Notes: generated from the letters alone by a model not told the origin. DNA of 64,000 nucleotides from Candidatus Spongiihabitans sp. (GCA_965261335.1 OZ253450.1:2438650-2502649); one strand, 5' to 3'. Positions 19,578 to 30,502 are shown, numbered from the stretch's first letter. Numbers and translations are program-made.

Positions 19578-20561
19578 TTACTTTGCCATCGCATTATACG
19601 ACTCGATGAAAGTAGCACCCGCGGCACCTGCTTTTGCAAGCCATTCATCAACCATGGTTGCACCGATAGCCTCCAACTGTGTAAGTAACGCAGGATTTGG
19701 GGTAGCCACTGTCATTCCGTTGCGCGCCAAATTCTCGGTTAAATCGGCTTGTAGCGATTGACTCATAATCCAGCCGCGTGCTTCAGCTTTAGCGGCGGCG
19801 CGAATGACGACGGCTTGCGTTTCTGCATCCAATGATTCAAAAGCATCCATGTTCATAATGACCATGTTTTTGTTGTTCATGGCGTTCACATCGTAATAAT
19901 GCGAGGTATAGTCCCACGCCTTGGTATAATTACCCGTTGCCGATGAGGTAATCATTGCACTGACCAGTGCTGTGGCAAAGGCTTGTGGAACCTCTGCAGA
20001 TTGAACCGTTGTCGGGATTGCACCCATCAATTCAGCAAGTCGTGCCGTCAAAGCATTATAAGCCCGAAATTTGATCCCCTTAAAATCATCAACCGAATTG
20101 ATTTCCTTTTTCGCATAAAGCCCCTGCCCCTGCCAAGGAACCGCAAACAACGGCATCATACCCTGCTTGTTGAGCTTGGCTTCAATATAAGGCAAAGTCT
20201 GTTCATAAACGCCCCAAGCCGTTGCATATCCCTTAGCGAGAAAAGGAATGCTGTCCACCTCAAAGAAGGGATCTTCCTGCCCGTATGCCGATAACAGGAT
20301 TTCCCCAATTTGCACCTGCCCAGTCTGAATGCCACGTTTAATTTCGGGCATCTTTAACAGAGACGCATTGGTGTGTATATTAATTTTGAGCATGCCTTTG
20401 GAGTTTGTCTCAACCTCCTTGGCAAAGCGGATGATATTCTGGGTATGAAAATTATCGTCTTTATAAGCCGTAGCCATATTCCACTCTGTTTGTGCCTGAA
20501 CGACAGAGGTTGCAATGACCAATGTGGTAAGAACACTGATTACATTTGATATTCGTTTCAT
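19578..20561 (-). CDS. dctP: TRAP transporter substrate-binding protein
   Basis: 327 aa with a signal peptide (VLTTLVIATSVVQA) and a DctP-family fold. The ligand is unknown. Confidence 0.9.
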   Translation of the reverse strand: MKRISNVISVLTTLVIATSVVQAQTEWNMATAYKDDNFHTQNIIRFAKEVETNSKGMLKINIHTNASLLKMPEIKRGIQTGQVQIGEILLSAYGQEDPFFEVDSIPFLAKGYATAWGVYEQTLPYIEAKLNKQGMMPLFAVPWQGQGLYAKKEINSVDDFKGIKFRAYNALTARLAELMGAIPTTVQSAEVPQAFATALVSAMITSSATGNYTKAWDYTSHYYDVNAMNNKNMVIMNMDAFESLDAETQAVVIRAAAKAEARGWIMSQSLQADLTENLARNGMTVATPNPALLTQLEAIGATMVDEWLAKAGAAGATFIESYNAMAK

Positions 20562-20713
20562 GTTGTTCTGTTGTCTCGGTTAGGGTTGCTCCCAATTATA
20601 ACCGAATAAAATAGCATATGAATATAATGTCGACATTTGCGGATAACACATTCGCAATAACACCTGCTCATCGCGGTTTAATATTACGTTCGTGTGCATC
20701 GCCATTTCACACA

Positions 20714-21556
20714 TTAACCAAGCACCACTTTTTGTCGTTGCACCCCCAACCCGTCAATACCCAACTCCATCTTATCCCCTGCATGCAGGTAAACTTCAGG
20801 GCGTTGTCCCATCCCGACTCCTGGCGGTGTGCCGGTCGAGATAACATCGCCTGCTTGCAGACTCATAAATTGCGACAGATGAGACACAATATATGCGACC
20901 CCAAAATGCATCGTCTTGGTCGAACCCTGTTGATAGCGATGCCCATTCACCCGTAGATACATCGATAAGTTTTGTGGATCGGGCACTTCATCACGGGTAA
21001 CTAACCAAGGACCAATCGGACCAAAGGTGTCGGCGGATTTACCCTTAACCCACTGACCGCTACGGCGTATCTGAAAATCGCGCTCGGATAGGTCGTTGAT
21101 GACGCAATAGCCGGCAACATGCGCCATCGCATCGGCTTCATCAACATATTTTGTTTGCTTGCCAATCACCACGCCCAATTCCACTTCCCAGTCGGTTTTT
21201 ACCGAACCACGCGGGATTTCTATGTCATCATTCGCACCACAAATTGATGAGGTTGCTTTGCAGAAAACTACCGGCTCCGCTGGCAATGCCATGCCAGCTT
21301 CAGCGGCATGGTCGGCATAGTTCAAACCGATACAGATGAATTTCCCCACATTGCCGACACAAGCACCGATACGCAGATCACCGCTCACCATGGGCAAGTC
21401 ATCTGGGTTGAGGGTACGCAACTTGTCTAATTCGCTATCGCTCAAAATCGCCCCGGTCACATCTGTAATCACCCCCGAGAGATCACGAATATGACCATCT
21501 GCATCGAGGAGTGCGGGTTTTTCAGTACCCCAAGCACCATATCGTAAAAGTTTCAT
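20714..21556 (-). CDS. fumarylacetoacetate hydrolase (FAH) family protein
   Basis: 280 aa. GLNYADHAAE, DWEVELGVVIG, DLSERD and GDVISTGTPPGVG motifs. Confidence 0.9.
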   Translation of the reverse strand: MKLLRYGAWGTEKPALLDADGHIRDLSGVITDVTGAILSDSELDKLRTLNPDDLPMVSGDLRIGACVGNVGKFICIGLNYADHAAEAGMALPAEPVVFCKATSSICGANDDIEIPRGSVKTDWEVELGVVIGKQTKYVDEADAMAHVAGYCVINDLSERDFQIRRSGQWVKGKSADTFGPIGPWLVTRDEVPDPQNLSMYLRVNGHRYQQGSTKTMHFGVAYIVSHLSQFMSLQAGDVISTGTPPGVGMGQRPEVYLHAGDKMELGIDGLGVQRQKVVLG

Positions 21557-21718
21557 TATTAATTCTCCAATTGTTTAGACAGCCCAACCGTCATCAATGA
21601 TATTTGCGCGCTCATAAAACTACTTCACCACGCCCCATCGGGTATTTTCTCATACTATACTGTTGCACTTGTGCCCGGTGGGTATAATTGTCGGAAGCGC
21701 GACTTCATCCGCGCAAAA

Positions 21719-21794
21719 GAGACCGTGCAACAACCCAATATTGGGCTTGTCGGAAAATAGAGTTTTTAGCTTGTTGTGAATACTCAAGTCTGGC
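21719..21794 (+). repeat. composite repeat: MITE-B terminal ~24 bp joined to the left ~52 bp of MITE-A
   Basis: GAGACCGTGCAACAACCCAATATT|GGGCTTGTCGGAAAATAGAGTTTTTAGCTTGTTGTGAATAC... The same junction recurs at 35365..35426. It is truncated by the IS30-like element. Confidence 0.75.
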
Positions 21795-22920
21795 GAATTC
21801 AACCCATAAGTGCAACACTCGGGTTTATATTATGATCTATTCCCATTGTGCGGGAAAAGACCTCCATAAGGGTTTTATACCCCAAACATTTTCTAGTCCG
21901 GTTGTTCATTAAATCGGTCGCTTTGAACCGCTCTTTTTCGGTGACTTTATGCAAAGGCATTTTCTTTGGAAAAAACTGCCTGAGCAAAAAGCATGAACAA
22001 AAAGTATGAGCAAGCCATTGTGCCAGATGATTATTTGGCATTCAAGCCGCGCTCCCAAGAGTGATACGGTTTAGCTTTGTTAAGTTTCACACTCGAGTTG
22101 TTTGGCAAGCTCACTATGCCAACAAAATTCTCTGCCGTTATCAAAGGTTAGCGTCATCACATGTTGTTTCATATGCTTTAACAACCTGAGTATAGCCGCG
22201 TTGGTTTCTTTTGCGGTTTTGTTCTTAGTCCGAAGTGCGAGATAAAACCTACTTTTGCGTTCAGCAAACACCCCTTGACGACCTTTACCGATAACACAAT
22301 CAGCCTCCCCCCTCTATCACTACTCCTATACGCGAACGATTGTCCACTATACTGGGTCTATCAGCAATATCAACCCGATTGGGGATGCGTCCGCGGTAAT
22401 CGTTCTGTCCATAACGCTTGCGATATTTCTTACCCTGATGGCGCAAGTATCGATATAACGACCCATCCGCTACTTTGTCTTTCAAAATGAGACGATAGAT
22501 GGATTCGGTGCTAATACTGATGTTTTCCTCCATTCTCAAACGACCGCTAATTTGTTCAGGACTCCAATACAGTGCGATCTTTTATTGAATATGAAGCTTT
22601 AACTCGTCATTGAGCCTGATGTGCTTGGGCTTTTGCTGATGCCTCGTTTGGGCAAAGCGGTGGGCTTGTTTGTAGCGATAGCCGTTGCCCCCGGTATTGC
22701 GTTTAATTTCACGGCTGATGGTTGACTTAACTTCTGCCCATGGCTTTAGCGATTCCTGTCAGTGTACAGTTTTGCTGATTCATGAGGTAAATGTGGTATC
22801 TTTCGTGTTCAGTCAAATGGGTATATCTCGTCATGTTTTACTCCTTTTTTCTCGTCAGTTAAAAGAGTACGAGCGTACCCTTTGACTGACTTAGGAGTGT
22901 TGCACTTATTATGTGAATTC
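21795..22920 (-). mobile_element. IS30-family insertion sequence (1126 bp, transposase frameshifted)
   Basis: TIRs GAATTCAACCCATAAGTGCAACAC / GTGTTGCACTTATTATGTGAATTC. Transposase pieces are ORFs 22300..22539, 22080..22271 and 21799..22041 (LTFDNGREF, NNRTRKCLGYKT), with an N-terminal HTH piece near 22540..22840. Confidence 0.85.
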
Positions 22921-22922
22921 AA

Positions 22923-23096
22923 GGGCAATAAAACAGATTAAAACCCACTAAAAGCGGTTAAAAGTGCCGAAATAGAGGCTTTTTTGGTGTCGTATTGATG
23001 ATTGAGAGAACATGGGCGAAAAAATGAGGCAAATTTATAAAAAATCACGTTGTTTGTGAGTTGCGATGGGTGTTTTGTGGATTATGCAAAAGTCTC
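22923..23096 (-). repeat. about 175-bp terminal fragment of the IS5-like element, inverted relative to copy 1
   Basis: Near-identical reverse complement of 8173..8348, ending ...GGATTATGCAAAAGTCTC. Confidence 0.85.
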
Positions 23097-23125
23097 AACC
23101 TGATTAAAAGGGAAAAAACATCAAA

Positions 23126-23201
23126 GGTCGGTGTGAAAATAAAACGCTTGAAAGCCAGTTGGAACAACGACTACCTGCTACGGGTTATGGCTACAATTTA
23201 A
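23126..23201 (+). pseudogene. short remnant resembling the C-terminus of an ISAs1-family transposase
   Basis: Hand translation gives ...KIKRLKASWNNDYLLRVMATI*. From memory, the RLKAxWDNDYLL tail is typical of ISAs1 transposases. There is no upstream ORF. Confidence 0.3.
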
Positions 23202-23392
23202 GCCCGATTGCATGACTGCGCATCATTTTGCACGGCTATAAATCCGCATTTCCTGTAGCGGCTCACGGAAGCGGGACTTTACCGATTTGTCTCATCAGTA
23301 TTGAACACGGACATTACATTGGAAAAAATGATCACTTGTGCTAGAGTACTAAGCCGTCTATGTCTCATACATGCACCTGTCTTGAATATTGA

Positions 23393-24526
23393 GTGGGCAA
23401 GGTGAGATTAACCAGTTTGGTTGTTCTAAGTTGTCTTTGTCTTTGTGTTTATCGTAATCACAAATTATCTAATTATCGTCTAGTGAATGTTATGCAAAAA
23501 ACAATAGTACGAGATCTTTGCACAATAGTTCTTTTGTCCTCTAGCGGTGTCAAAAGCGGTCTCAATCGATCATTTATAAGTATAGCCCGCCCCATTTCGT
23601 TCACTGTTTCCTTGCTAGCAAACAAAATTCTGGCTTGTGCAAAGGTCTCACATATTTTTACACTGCTGTTTGTCTCGCTTTTGATGATGCAGCCAGCACT
23701 AGCAGATTATGTCAACTCGATTGGTATGGCATTTAAAGACATCCCAGCAGGTAGTTTCTACATGGGAAGTTGTCAACTCAGCGATGTTGATGATGAGACG
23801 CAAAAACAACGTAAATTCTTAGGCTTGCCTAAAGATATAGCTTGTCCAGAAGGTGGCATACACGATAGCACTGCCGATAGTGACGAAATGCCAAGACATC
23901 GGGTACGCATCAGCAAGGGATTTCAAATCGGGACTTATGAGGTGACTATCGGGCAGTTTAAGCAGTTTATTGTCGCACAAAGACGTGATGATTTATTGAC
24001 CGATAGTTTCATCAGCTATAACCGTCGGATTAGTGATGATGTGGCAGTGGTGGTGGTTTCATGGTACGACGCACAGGCATTTATTAGATGGCTTAACAAG
24101 AAGGAGGGTAGGCATATCTATCGGTTGCCGACTGAAGCAGAGTGGGAATATGCTGCCAGAGCCGGCACCGATGGTATTTACGCTTGGCCGCATGGTGCTG
24201 ATGCAGGTGACTATGCGTGGTTTGCTGAAAACGCAGGTGTGGTGGGTAAGTATGCTCAGGTGGTAGGCGACAAGCAATCGAATCGCTGGGGACTCTATGA
24301 TATGCACGGTAATGTTTGGGAATGGGTGCAAGATTGGCATAGTAGAAAGTACTACCGCAATAGATCGGTGAAGGATCCGCTCAATAACCGGACGAGTCGA
24401 GCACGCGTATTCCGTGGCGGTAGTTGGAAGAACGAGATCGAGTTTCTGAGAGCAGGGGATCGGGGTTATGGTCGGCCTGGTCTGCGTGGCATCAATCTTG
24501 GGTTTCGTCTTGTGAGGCAGTTGTAG
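23393..24526 (+). CDS. FGE-sulfatase (SUMF1/C-type-lectin-fold) domain protein; N-terminus uncertain
   Basis: [69 protein letters not shown] and GFRLV. The first ~85 codons have no recognisable domain and contain an IS5-type TIR 12-mer. Confidence 0.8.
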   Translation: MGKVRLTSLVVLSCLCLCVYRNHKLSNYRLVNVMQKTIVRDLCTIVLLSSSGVKSGLNRSFISIARPISFTVSLLANKILACAKVSHIFTLLFVSLLMMQPALADYVNSIGMAFKDIPAGSFYMGSCQLSDVDDETQKQRKFLGLPKDIACPEGGIHDSTADSDEMPRHRVRISKGFQIGTYEVTIGQFKQFIVAQRRDDLLTDSFISYNRRISDDVAVVVVSWYDAQAFIRWLNKKEGRHIYRLPTEAEWEYAARAGTDGIYAWPHGADAGDYAWFAENAGVVGKYAQVVGDKQSNRWGLYDMHGNVWEWVQDWHSRKYYRNRSVKDPLNNRTSRARVFRGGSWKNEIEFLRAGDRGYGRPGLRGINLGFRLVRQL

Positions 24527-24608
24527 TCGCCTGTGTTATTTCGCGAGATTTATTGCACCCATCCTGTTTTTGCTAATATATACCACCGCTTGTACGCCTG
24601 CTTTGACA

Positions 24609-25199
24609 ATGACTGAAAGAATTGCACTGATTACCCGCGACACCAAAGAAACCCAGATAACCATCAAGATCAATCTAGATGGCACGGGACAGGCGAATTT
24701 CGCTACCGGCATTCCTTTTTTGGAACACATGCTTGAACAAATCGCCCGACATGGTGTTATCGACCTTGATATTCATGCTACCGGCGATTTGCATATTGAC
24801 GATCACCACACTGTAGAAGACATTGGTATCACCATGGGGCAGGCGATAAGTAAAGCACTTGGCGATAAAAAAGGTATTCGCCGCTACGGTCATGCCTATG
24901 TGCCGTTGGACGAGGCATTGAGCCGTGTGGTCATCGACTTTTCGGGTCGCCCATTGCTGGTGAGTCATACTAAATATCCGGATAGAAACATCGGTCGATT
25001 CTCCACGGCGTTGATTCATGAGTTTTTTCAGGGCTTTGCCAATCACGCACTAGCGACCGTACACATGGACAGTTTGCGCGGCGAAAACTCTCATCATATT
25101 GCCGAAACGTTGTTCAAAGCATTTGGCAGAGCCTTACGCATGGCGGTTGAGTCGGATCCGAGGGTCAGCGATGTGCCGTCCACCAAAGGCGTTTTATAA
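24609..25199 (+). CDS. hisB: imidazoleglycerol-phosphate dehydratase
   Basis: [20 protein letters not shown] and GENSHHIAE blocks. I chose the ATG at 24609. Confidence 0.95.
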   Translation: MTERIALITRDTKETQITIKINLDGTGQANFATGIPFLEHMLEQIARHGVIDLDIHATGDLHIDDHHTVEDIGITMGQAISKALGDKKGIRRYGHAYVPLDEALSRVVIDFSGRPLLVSHTKYPDRNIGRFSTALIHEFFQGFANHALATVHMDSLRGENSHHIAETLFKAFGRALRMAVESDPRVSDVPSTKGVL

Positions 25200-25228
25200 G
25201 CAGAACATTTCAAATACGCACAATAAGC

Positions 25229-25933
25229 ATGACACAGATAGTCGTTGTCGATTTGGGCACGGGCAATCTGCGCTCGGTCAGTAAGGCGTTGGCGTTCGTA
25301 AGTAGCCATGCCGATGTCAGCGTTACTGCCAAGCCCGATGCCATCGTAAGTGCTGATTATTTAGTATTACCCGGACAAGGCGCGCTCGGTACTTGGTTCA
25401 ATCGTCTAAACGATAATACAATATTGGAAACGGCCGTTAAAACACGCCTCAATGATGGTCCGGTGCTGGGAATTTGTCTCGGGTTGCAGGCATTGTACAA
25501 TCACAGCGAGGAGCAGGGCGGTACGCCGGGACTGGGTTTGCTGGCAGGTTGCGTCAAACATTTTGCCAGCCACCCGCATCACCAACCTTCACAACCGCTT
25601 CTGCAATCAAACGACAGCATGCGGACTGGCAATATCAAGCATGGCACGGAAAAATTGAAAATTCCGCATATGGGCTGGAATCAAGTAAATCAATGCGCCG
25701 ATCATCCGCTGTGGCATGGCATCGACAATAATGAGCGATTTTATTTTGTGCATAGTTACTATGTCGAAAGTGAAATTGAAAGTCAGGTGATGGGCGAATG
25801 TCAATACGGCAATTTGTTTACGGCGGCGGCGGGTTTGGGGAATATTTTCGCGACCCAGTTTCATCCTGAAAAAAGTCAGCATGCGGGATTGCAGTTGCTT
25901 AGAAATTTTGTTAATTGGAATGGTCTTTTTTGA
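25229..25933 (+). CDS. hisH: imidazole glycerol phosphate synthase, glutaminase subunit
   Basis: [25 protein letters not shown] and FHPEKS. It carries an extra ~20-30 aa loop ([29 protein letters not shown]) before PHMGWN. Confidence 0.93.
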   Translation: MTQIVVVDLGTGNLRSVSKALAFVSSHADVSVTAKPDAIVSADYLVLPGQGALGTWFNRLNDNTILETAVKTRLNDGPVLGICLGLQALYNHSEEQGGTPGLGLLAGCVKHFASHPHHQPSQPLLQSNDSMRTGNIKHGTEKLKIPHMGWNQVNQCADHPLWHGIDNNERFYFVHSYYVESEIESQVMGECQYGNLFTAAAGLGNIFATQFHPEKSQHAGLQLLRNFVNWNGLF

Positions 25934-25935
25934 CG

Positions 25936-26709
25936 ATGTTATTGATTCCAGCGATTGATATTAAAGCACGCAAATGCGTCCGTTTGCGCCAGGGTGATAT
26001 GAACCAAAGCACGGTGTTTGCGGATGATCCTGTCGCAGTCGCACAACGCTGGGTCGATGCCGGAGCCAGACGATTGCATATTGTTGACCTTGACGGTGCC
26101 ATACAGGGGCAGCCGGTGAATGCCGATATTGTCCGCCAAATTGCTGAAAATCACCCGCAGTTGCCGATTCAGATTGGCGGCGGGATTCGCAACGAGGAAA
26201 CCGTAGATGAATACATTCAGGCGGGTGTTCGCTCGGTCATCATTGGCACTCAAGCGATTAAAAACCCCCATCTGATCAGCGATTTATGTGCCAAATACCC
26301 AGCCCGTGTGATTGTTGGGTTGGATGCCAGAGACGGCAAGGTCGCAACCGAAGGCTGGTCAAAATTATCCAGACACAATGTCATCGATATAGCACACCGC
26401 TTTGATGCCGAGGCGGTGGAGGCGATTATTTATACCGATATAGCACGCGATGGCATGATGCAGGGAGTTAATATCGAGTCGACCGTAGCCCTCGCACAAG
26501 CAGTGAATATTCCGATAATTGCCTCTGGCGGCATCCATGATATTAAAAACGTTAGGAAATTGGCAGCCGTCTCGGCGGTTGGTATTGTCGGCGCAATCAC
26601 TGGTCGGGCGATTTATGAGGGTAGCTTGGATTTTGCCGCTGGACAAGCTGTAGCAGATGCAATTTCCGACCAGACTAGTCGAGATGGGCGGGGTAGTTTT
26701 GAATTATAA
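25936..26709 (+). CDS. hisA: ProFAR isomerase
   Basis: [30 protein letters not shown] and IIASGG. The ATG at 25936 lies 2 nt after the hisH stop. Confidence 0.93.
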   Translation: MLLIPAIDIKARKCVRLRQGDMNQSTVFADDPVAVAQRWVDAGARRLHIVDLDGAIQGQPVNADIVRQIAENHPQLPIQIGGGIRNEETVDEYIQAGVRSVIIGTQAIKNPHLISDLCAKYPARVIVGLDARDGKVATEGWSKLSRHNVIDIAHRFDAEAVEAIIYTDIARDGMMQGVNIESTVALAQAVNIPIIASGGIHDIKNVRKLAAVSAVGIVGAITGRAIYEGSLDFAAGQAVADAISDQTSRDGRGSFEL

Positions 26710-26741
26710 GCCGCTAGTCCGTCCGCTTGGGGTGCGTTGAA

Positions 26742-27545
26742 ATGGCTTTAGCGAAAAGAATTATTCCTTGTCTCGATGTCGATGATGGGCGGGTCGTCAA
26801 AGGCATACAATTTGTCGACATTCGTGATGCCGGCGATCCGGTGGAGGTTGCCCGTCGTTATGAGCAACAAGGAGCCGATGAAATCACTTTTCTGGACATT
26901 ACTGCCAGCTCGGATAATCGTGATACCATTGTCAACGTGGTCGAGCAGGTTGCCGCTGAGGTCTTTATCCCGCTCACGGTAGGTGGCGGGATTCGACAGT
27001 TGAGCGATATACACACCATGTTGAACGCCGGGGCAGATAAAATTTCAATCAATACTGCAGCAGTAAAAAACCCGCAATTTATCCGTCAGGCAAGCGAGCA
27101 TTTTGGCAACCAGTGTATTGTTGTCGCCATCGATGCCAAGCAAGTGGGTGATGATACGCAACCGCAGTGGGAAATTTTTACTCATGGCGGCAGGAATCCG
27201 ACCGGACTAGATGCCGTACAATGGGCGAAGAAAATGACCGAATATGGTGCGGGCGAATTGCTGGTGACCAGCATGGATCGAGATGGCACAAAAAACGGTT
27301 ATGACATTGCCTTGATGCGCCGTATCACCGAGAGCGTATCGATTCCGGTGATTGCCTCGGGCGGGGTCGGAAATTTGGCACATTTAGCTGACGGCATCAT
27401 CGAGGGTGGTGCAGATGCGGTGTTGGCAGCCAGCATTTTTCACTATGGCGAATATACTGTTCGACAGGCTAAAGAGTTTATGGCTGAGCGCGGTATTACG
27501 GTGAGACTTTTCTTATATGGATATTTGCCTACAATTACGTTTTAA
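26742..27545 (+). CDS. hisF: imidazole glycerol phosphate synthase, cyclase subunit
   Basis: [30 protein letters not shown] and IASGG. The tail after RGITVR is atypical ([12 protein letters not shown]). Confidence 0.93.
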   Translation: MALAKRIIPCLDVDDGRVVKGIQFVDIRDAGDPVEVARRYEQQGADEITFLDITASSDNRDTIVNVVEQVAAEVFIPLTVGGGIRQLSDIHTMLNAGADKISINTAAVKNPQFIRQASEHFGNQCIVVAIDAKQVGDDTQPQWEIFTHGGRNPTGLDAVQWAKKMTEYGAGELLVTSMDRDGTKNGYDIALMRRITESVSIPVIASGGVGNLAHLADGIIEGGADAVLAASIFHYGEYTVRQAKEFMAERGITVRLFLYGYLPTITF

Positions 27546-27572
27546 ATAGTTTATTGAAAAAAGGAAATTACG

Positions 27573-29615
27573 ATGAACAATAGTGTACTTAATTCACGGG
27601 ATAATTCTCTTCAACAATCGTTAAAAGCTACTTTTGGTTTTGAGGCGTTCAGAGAAGGTCAGCAACAAACCATCATGCAATTACTAGCAGAGCACTCATC
27701 GTTATCTATATTTCCTACTGGCTCGGGCAAGTCTTTATGCTACCAGTTAACAGCTTTGCACTTACCCAACTTAACGCTTGTTGTTTCACCATTGCTAGCC
27801 TTAATGAAAGATCAATTGGCGTTTCTTGCTAGCAAAGGCATTAAAGCGGCAAGTATTGATTCGACTTTAAAAGGAAACGAACTACAAACCGTAATGACAG
27901 GTGTGCGCAGCGGTGAAATTAAGATATTGATGGTGTCGGTAGAGCGTTTTAAGAATGAACGCTTTAGGCGGTTTATTGGAGCTGTATCTGTGTCTATGCT
28001 GGTGGTTGATGAAGCGCATTGTATTTCTGAGTGGGGTCATAATTTTAGACCTGATTATTTAAAACTACCTAGTTACTGCCAAGCGTTAAAAATTCCTTTG
28101 GTGTTACTACTTACCGCGACTGCTACGCGTAAAGTAAAAGAAGATATGGCTGTTAAGTTTGCTATTCGAGCTGAGCATATTGTACAAACAGGCTTTTATC
28201 GGCCAAATCTTGATTTAAGTGTGCTACCCGTTGCTAAGTCACATAAAAATAAGCAACTTGAACAAATAATTATGGTGCAACAAGGTGCTGGTATTGTTTA
28301 CGTTACCTTGCAACATTCGGCTGAAACAGTCGCTCAATATTTAAAGCAGCAAGGTATTAATGCTTGTGCTTATCACGCAGGTTTTAACAATGATATCCGT
28401 AGTCAAATCCAGCAAGATTTTATGGCAGGTAAAATACAAGTCATTGTTGCTACCATTGCGTTTGGCATGGGTATTGATAAAAGCGATATACGCTTTGTTA
28501 TTCATTACGACTTGCCAAAATCCATTGAAAATTACAGTCAAGAAATAGGCCGAGCAGGGCGAGATGGATTGCCTTCTCAGTGTTGTACGCTAGCAAACCT
28601 TGATGGTTTAAATACCGTTGAAAATTTTGTTTATGGTGATACACCTGAGTTTACTGGCATTGAAATGTTATTAAATACGATAAAATCAGAGGTAATAACA
28701 AGCGTCTATGACAGTAAGTGGGAGTTACAAATATTGCAACTGTCTAATGCCGTTAATATCAAACAATTACCGTTGAAAACGTTACTGGTACAGCTAGAAC
28801 TCGCGGGTGTGATTGAGCCGCTTTATGCTTACTTTGCTGATTTTAAAATTAAACTATTAAAACCCAAAACTGAAATTATCAATAGCTTTAATGAGCAACG
28901 CAAAGACTTCTTACAACGTATCTTTAACGCGACTGATTTTAAAAAAGTATGGGGCAGTTTAAATTTTGACCGCTTACTACAAGATCAAAGCATTGAGCGT
29001 AATCGTGTCATTGCCGCCCTTGAATACCTGCAAGAACAACAATTGATAGTGCTTGAAACAAAAGGCATGACTGAGGTTTTTAAAATAAACCTTAATGAAT
29101 TAGCTGATCCGAATTTGTGCCAAAATCTCAGTAACTATTTTAAAAGCAATGAAGAAAAAGAAATTAAACGTATCGCTACTTTAGTACGTTTCTTTCAACT
29201 TGACACTTGTTTAACGGTAAATTTAGCACGCTATTTCGATGATAAAAGGTTTGATAATGCTGTTGATGACGGTAATGGGTTAAATAGCACTAACACCAAC
29301 TCAGCCCCACAATGTGGTCACTGTAGTGTTTGTCGTGGCCAAGTAGCAGTACTTGAGCACTCTCAAACACAAATTCCATGGCCGAGTGATGAAACGTTAA
29401 CGCAAGGTATGGGTGAATTAGCACAACGACTTAAAGATAAAATAAATCAACCCTTGTCACTCGAGAGCTATTGTCGTTTTTTTTCTGGCATGACAGTGCC
29501 ATTATTTGGTCGTAATAAAGTAAGACAATTATCGGGTTTTGGTTCATGTGATAAACAAAGATATCAGGCTATTAGGGATAGAGTTTCCCCGCTGTTCGCC
29601 AATATGAACAAATAA
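27573..29615 (+). CDS. RecQ-family ATP-dependent DNA helicase (long C-terminal region with a displaced Zn-finger)
   Basis: 680 aa. FREGQQQ, motif I PTGSGKS, DEAH (VVDEAHCISEWGHNFRPDY), TATAT, AFGMGIDK and QEIGRAGRDG. C...CGHCSVC lies near aa 575. Visibly AT-rich compared with the flanking his genes. Confidence 0.88.
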   Translation: MNNSVLNSRDNSLQQSLKATFGFEAFREGQQQTIMQLLAEHSSLSIFPTGSGKSLCYQLTALHLPNLTLVVSPLLALMKDQLAFLASKGIKAASIDSTLKGNELQTVMTGVRSGEIKILMVSVERFKNERFRRFIGAVSVSMLVVDEAHCISEWGHNFRPDYLKLPSYCQALKIPLVLLLTATATRKVKEDMAVKFAIRAEHIVQTGFYRPNLDLSVLPVAKSHKNKQLEQIIMVQQGAGIVYVTLQHSAETVAQYLKQQGINACAYHAGFNNDIRSQIQQDFMAGKIQVIVATIAFGMGIDKSDIRFVIHYDLPKSIENYSQEIGRAGRDGLPSQCCTLANLDGLNTVENFVYGDTPEFTGIEMLLNTIKSEVITSVYDSKWELQILQLSNAVNIKQLPLKTLLVQLELAGVIEPLYAYFADFKIKLLKPKTEIINSFNEQRKDFLQRIFNATDFKKVWGSLNFDRLLQDQSIERNRVIAALEYLQEQQLIVLETKGMTEVFKINLNELADPNLCQNLSNYFKSNEEKEIKRIATLVRFFQLDTCLTVNLARYFDDKRFDNAVDDGNGLNSTNTNSAPQCGHCSVCRGQVAVLEHSQTQIPWPSDETLTQGMGELAQRLKDKINQPLSLESYCRFFSGMTVPLFGRNKVRQLSGFGSCDKQRYQAIRDRVSPLFANMNK

Positions 29616-29642
29616 CTTTTCTTTAGCGCACCATAAATTGTA

Positions 29643-30047
29643 ATGAAAACGACCATGAAAAAACTATTGGACGAAATAAAATGGAACGAAGCTGGGTTGA
29701 TACCCGCTATCGCACAACAACACGACAGCGGCAAGGTACTGATGGTGGCATGGATGGATCGGCAGGCGTTGCAAACGACTATTGAGGAAGGTCGGGCGGT
29801 GTATTATTCAAGATCGCGCAAAAAACTATGGCGTAAAGGCGAGGAGTCTGGACATGTTCAGACATTAAAGGAATTGCGAATTGACTGCGATAACGATGTG
29901 GTGTTGATGCAGGTCGAGCAAATCGGTGGCATCGCCTGTCATACCGGTCGGCATCACTGTTTTTACAAACGCTATGAGGATGGTCGCTGGCAGGAAGTCG
30001 AGCCGATTTTGAAAGCGCAAGCAGAAATTTATTCTGCTGTACAATGA
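29643..30047 (+). CDS. hisI: phosphoribosyl-AMP cyclohydrolase (monofunctional; no HisE domain)
   Basis: 134 aa. LIPAIAQ, MVAWM, YYSRSR..LW.KGE.SG and CHTG. An alternative start lies at 29655. Confidence 0.92.
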   Translation: MKTTMKKLLDEIKWNEAGLIPAIAQQHDSGKVLMVAWMDRQALQTTIEEGRAVYYSRSRKKLWRKGEESGHVQTLKELRIDCDNDVVLMQVEQIGGIACHTGRHHCFYKRYEDGRWQEVEPILKAQAEIYSAVQ

Positions 30048-30195
30048 CGAATAACGAGACGAATAACGACAGCGGTATTCAAACAAATACCCAGTGCACG
30101 TTTTTCCGTTAGAATCAACGGAAATGTGATGAATGTTGCTGTAATCGACATCATTTTTCAAATTCAAATCATTATGCAATAGATGGGGTAGTCTT

Positions 30196-30447
30196 ATGGG
30201 TATAGGCGGTATCAGTCCGGTTCAATTGATCATTATTTTGGTGATTGTGTTATTGATATTCGGGACCAAGAAATTACGAAATTTAGGCGGCGATCTTGGC
30301 GGCGCTATTAAAGGGTTCAAAAAAGCGGTCAAAGAAGAAAAGACCGAGCAGATTGAAGATGCCGAGCAAAATTCAGGCGACAACTCGGGCAAAGAAGATG
30401 GCGATGAGACAGTCGCATCCAAAGAAAAAGTGGAAAAACAATCCTGA
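30196..30447 (+). CDS. tatA: twin-arginine translocase subunit TatA
   Basis: [35 protein letters not shown]. Confidence 0.93.
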   Translation: MGIGGISPVQLIIILVIVLLIFGTKKLRNLGGDLGGAIKGFKKAVKEEKTEQIEDAEQNSGDNSGKEDGDETVASKEKVEKQS

Positions 30448-30502
30448 TTTATCACTTACATCCGATTAACCTGTTTTTAGCGAATTTATTTCTGCAACGG
30501 TT

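Noticed and set aside
24400-24526. Possible diversity-generating retroelement variable region at the C-terminus of the FGE/C-lectin-fold protein
   Set aside because: I found no template-repeat-like second copy of this ~120-bp segment anywhere in the window, and no reverse-transcriptase ORF (no YxDD-type motif in any listed ORF). The sequence [32 protein letters not shown] is also compatible with an ordinary, non-diversified FGE-type domain.
30104-30123. Terminator after hisI
   Set aside because: There is a 7-bp stem (TTCCGTT/AACGGAA) but no downstream T-run, and tatA probably needs read-through or its own promoter. The evidence is too weak to annotate.
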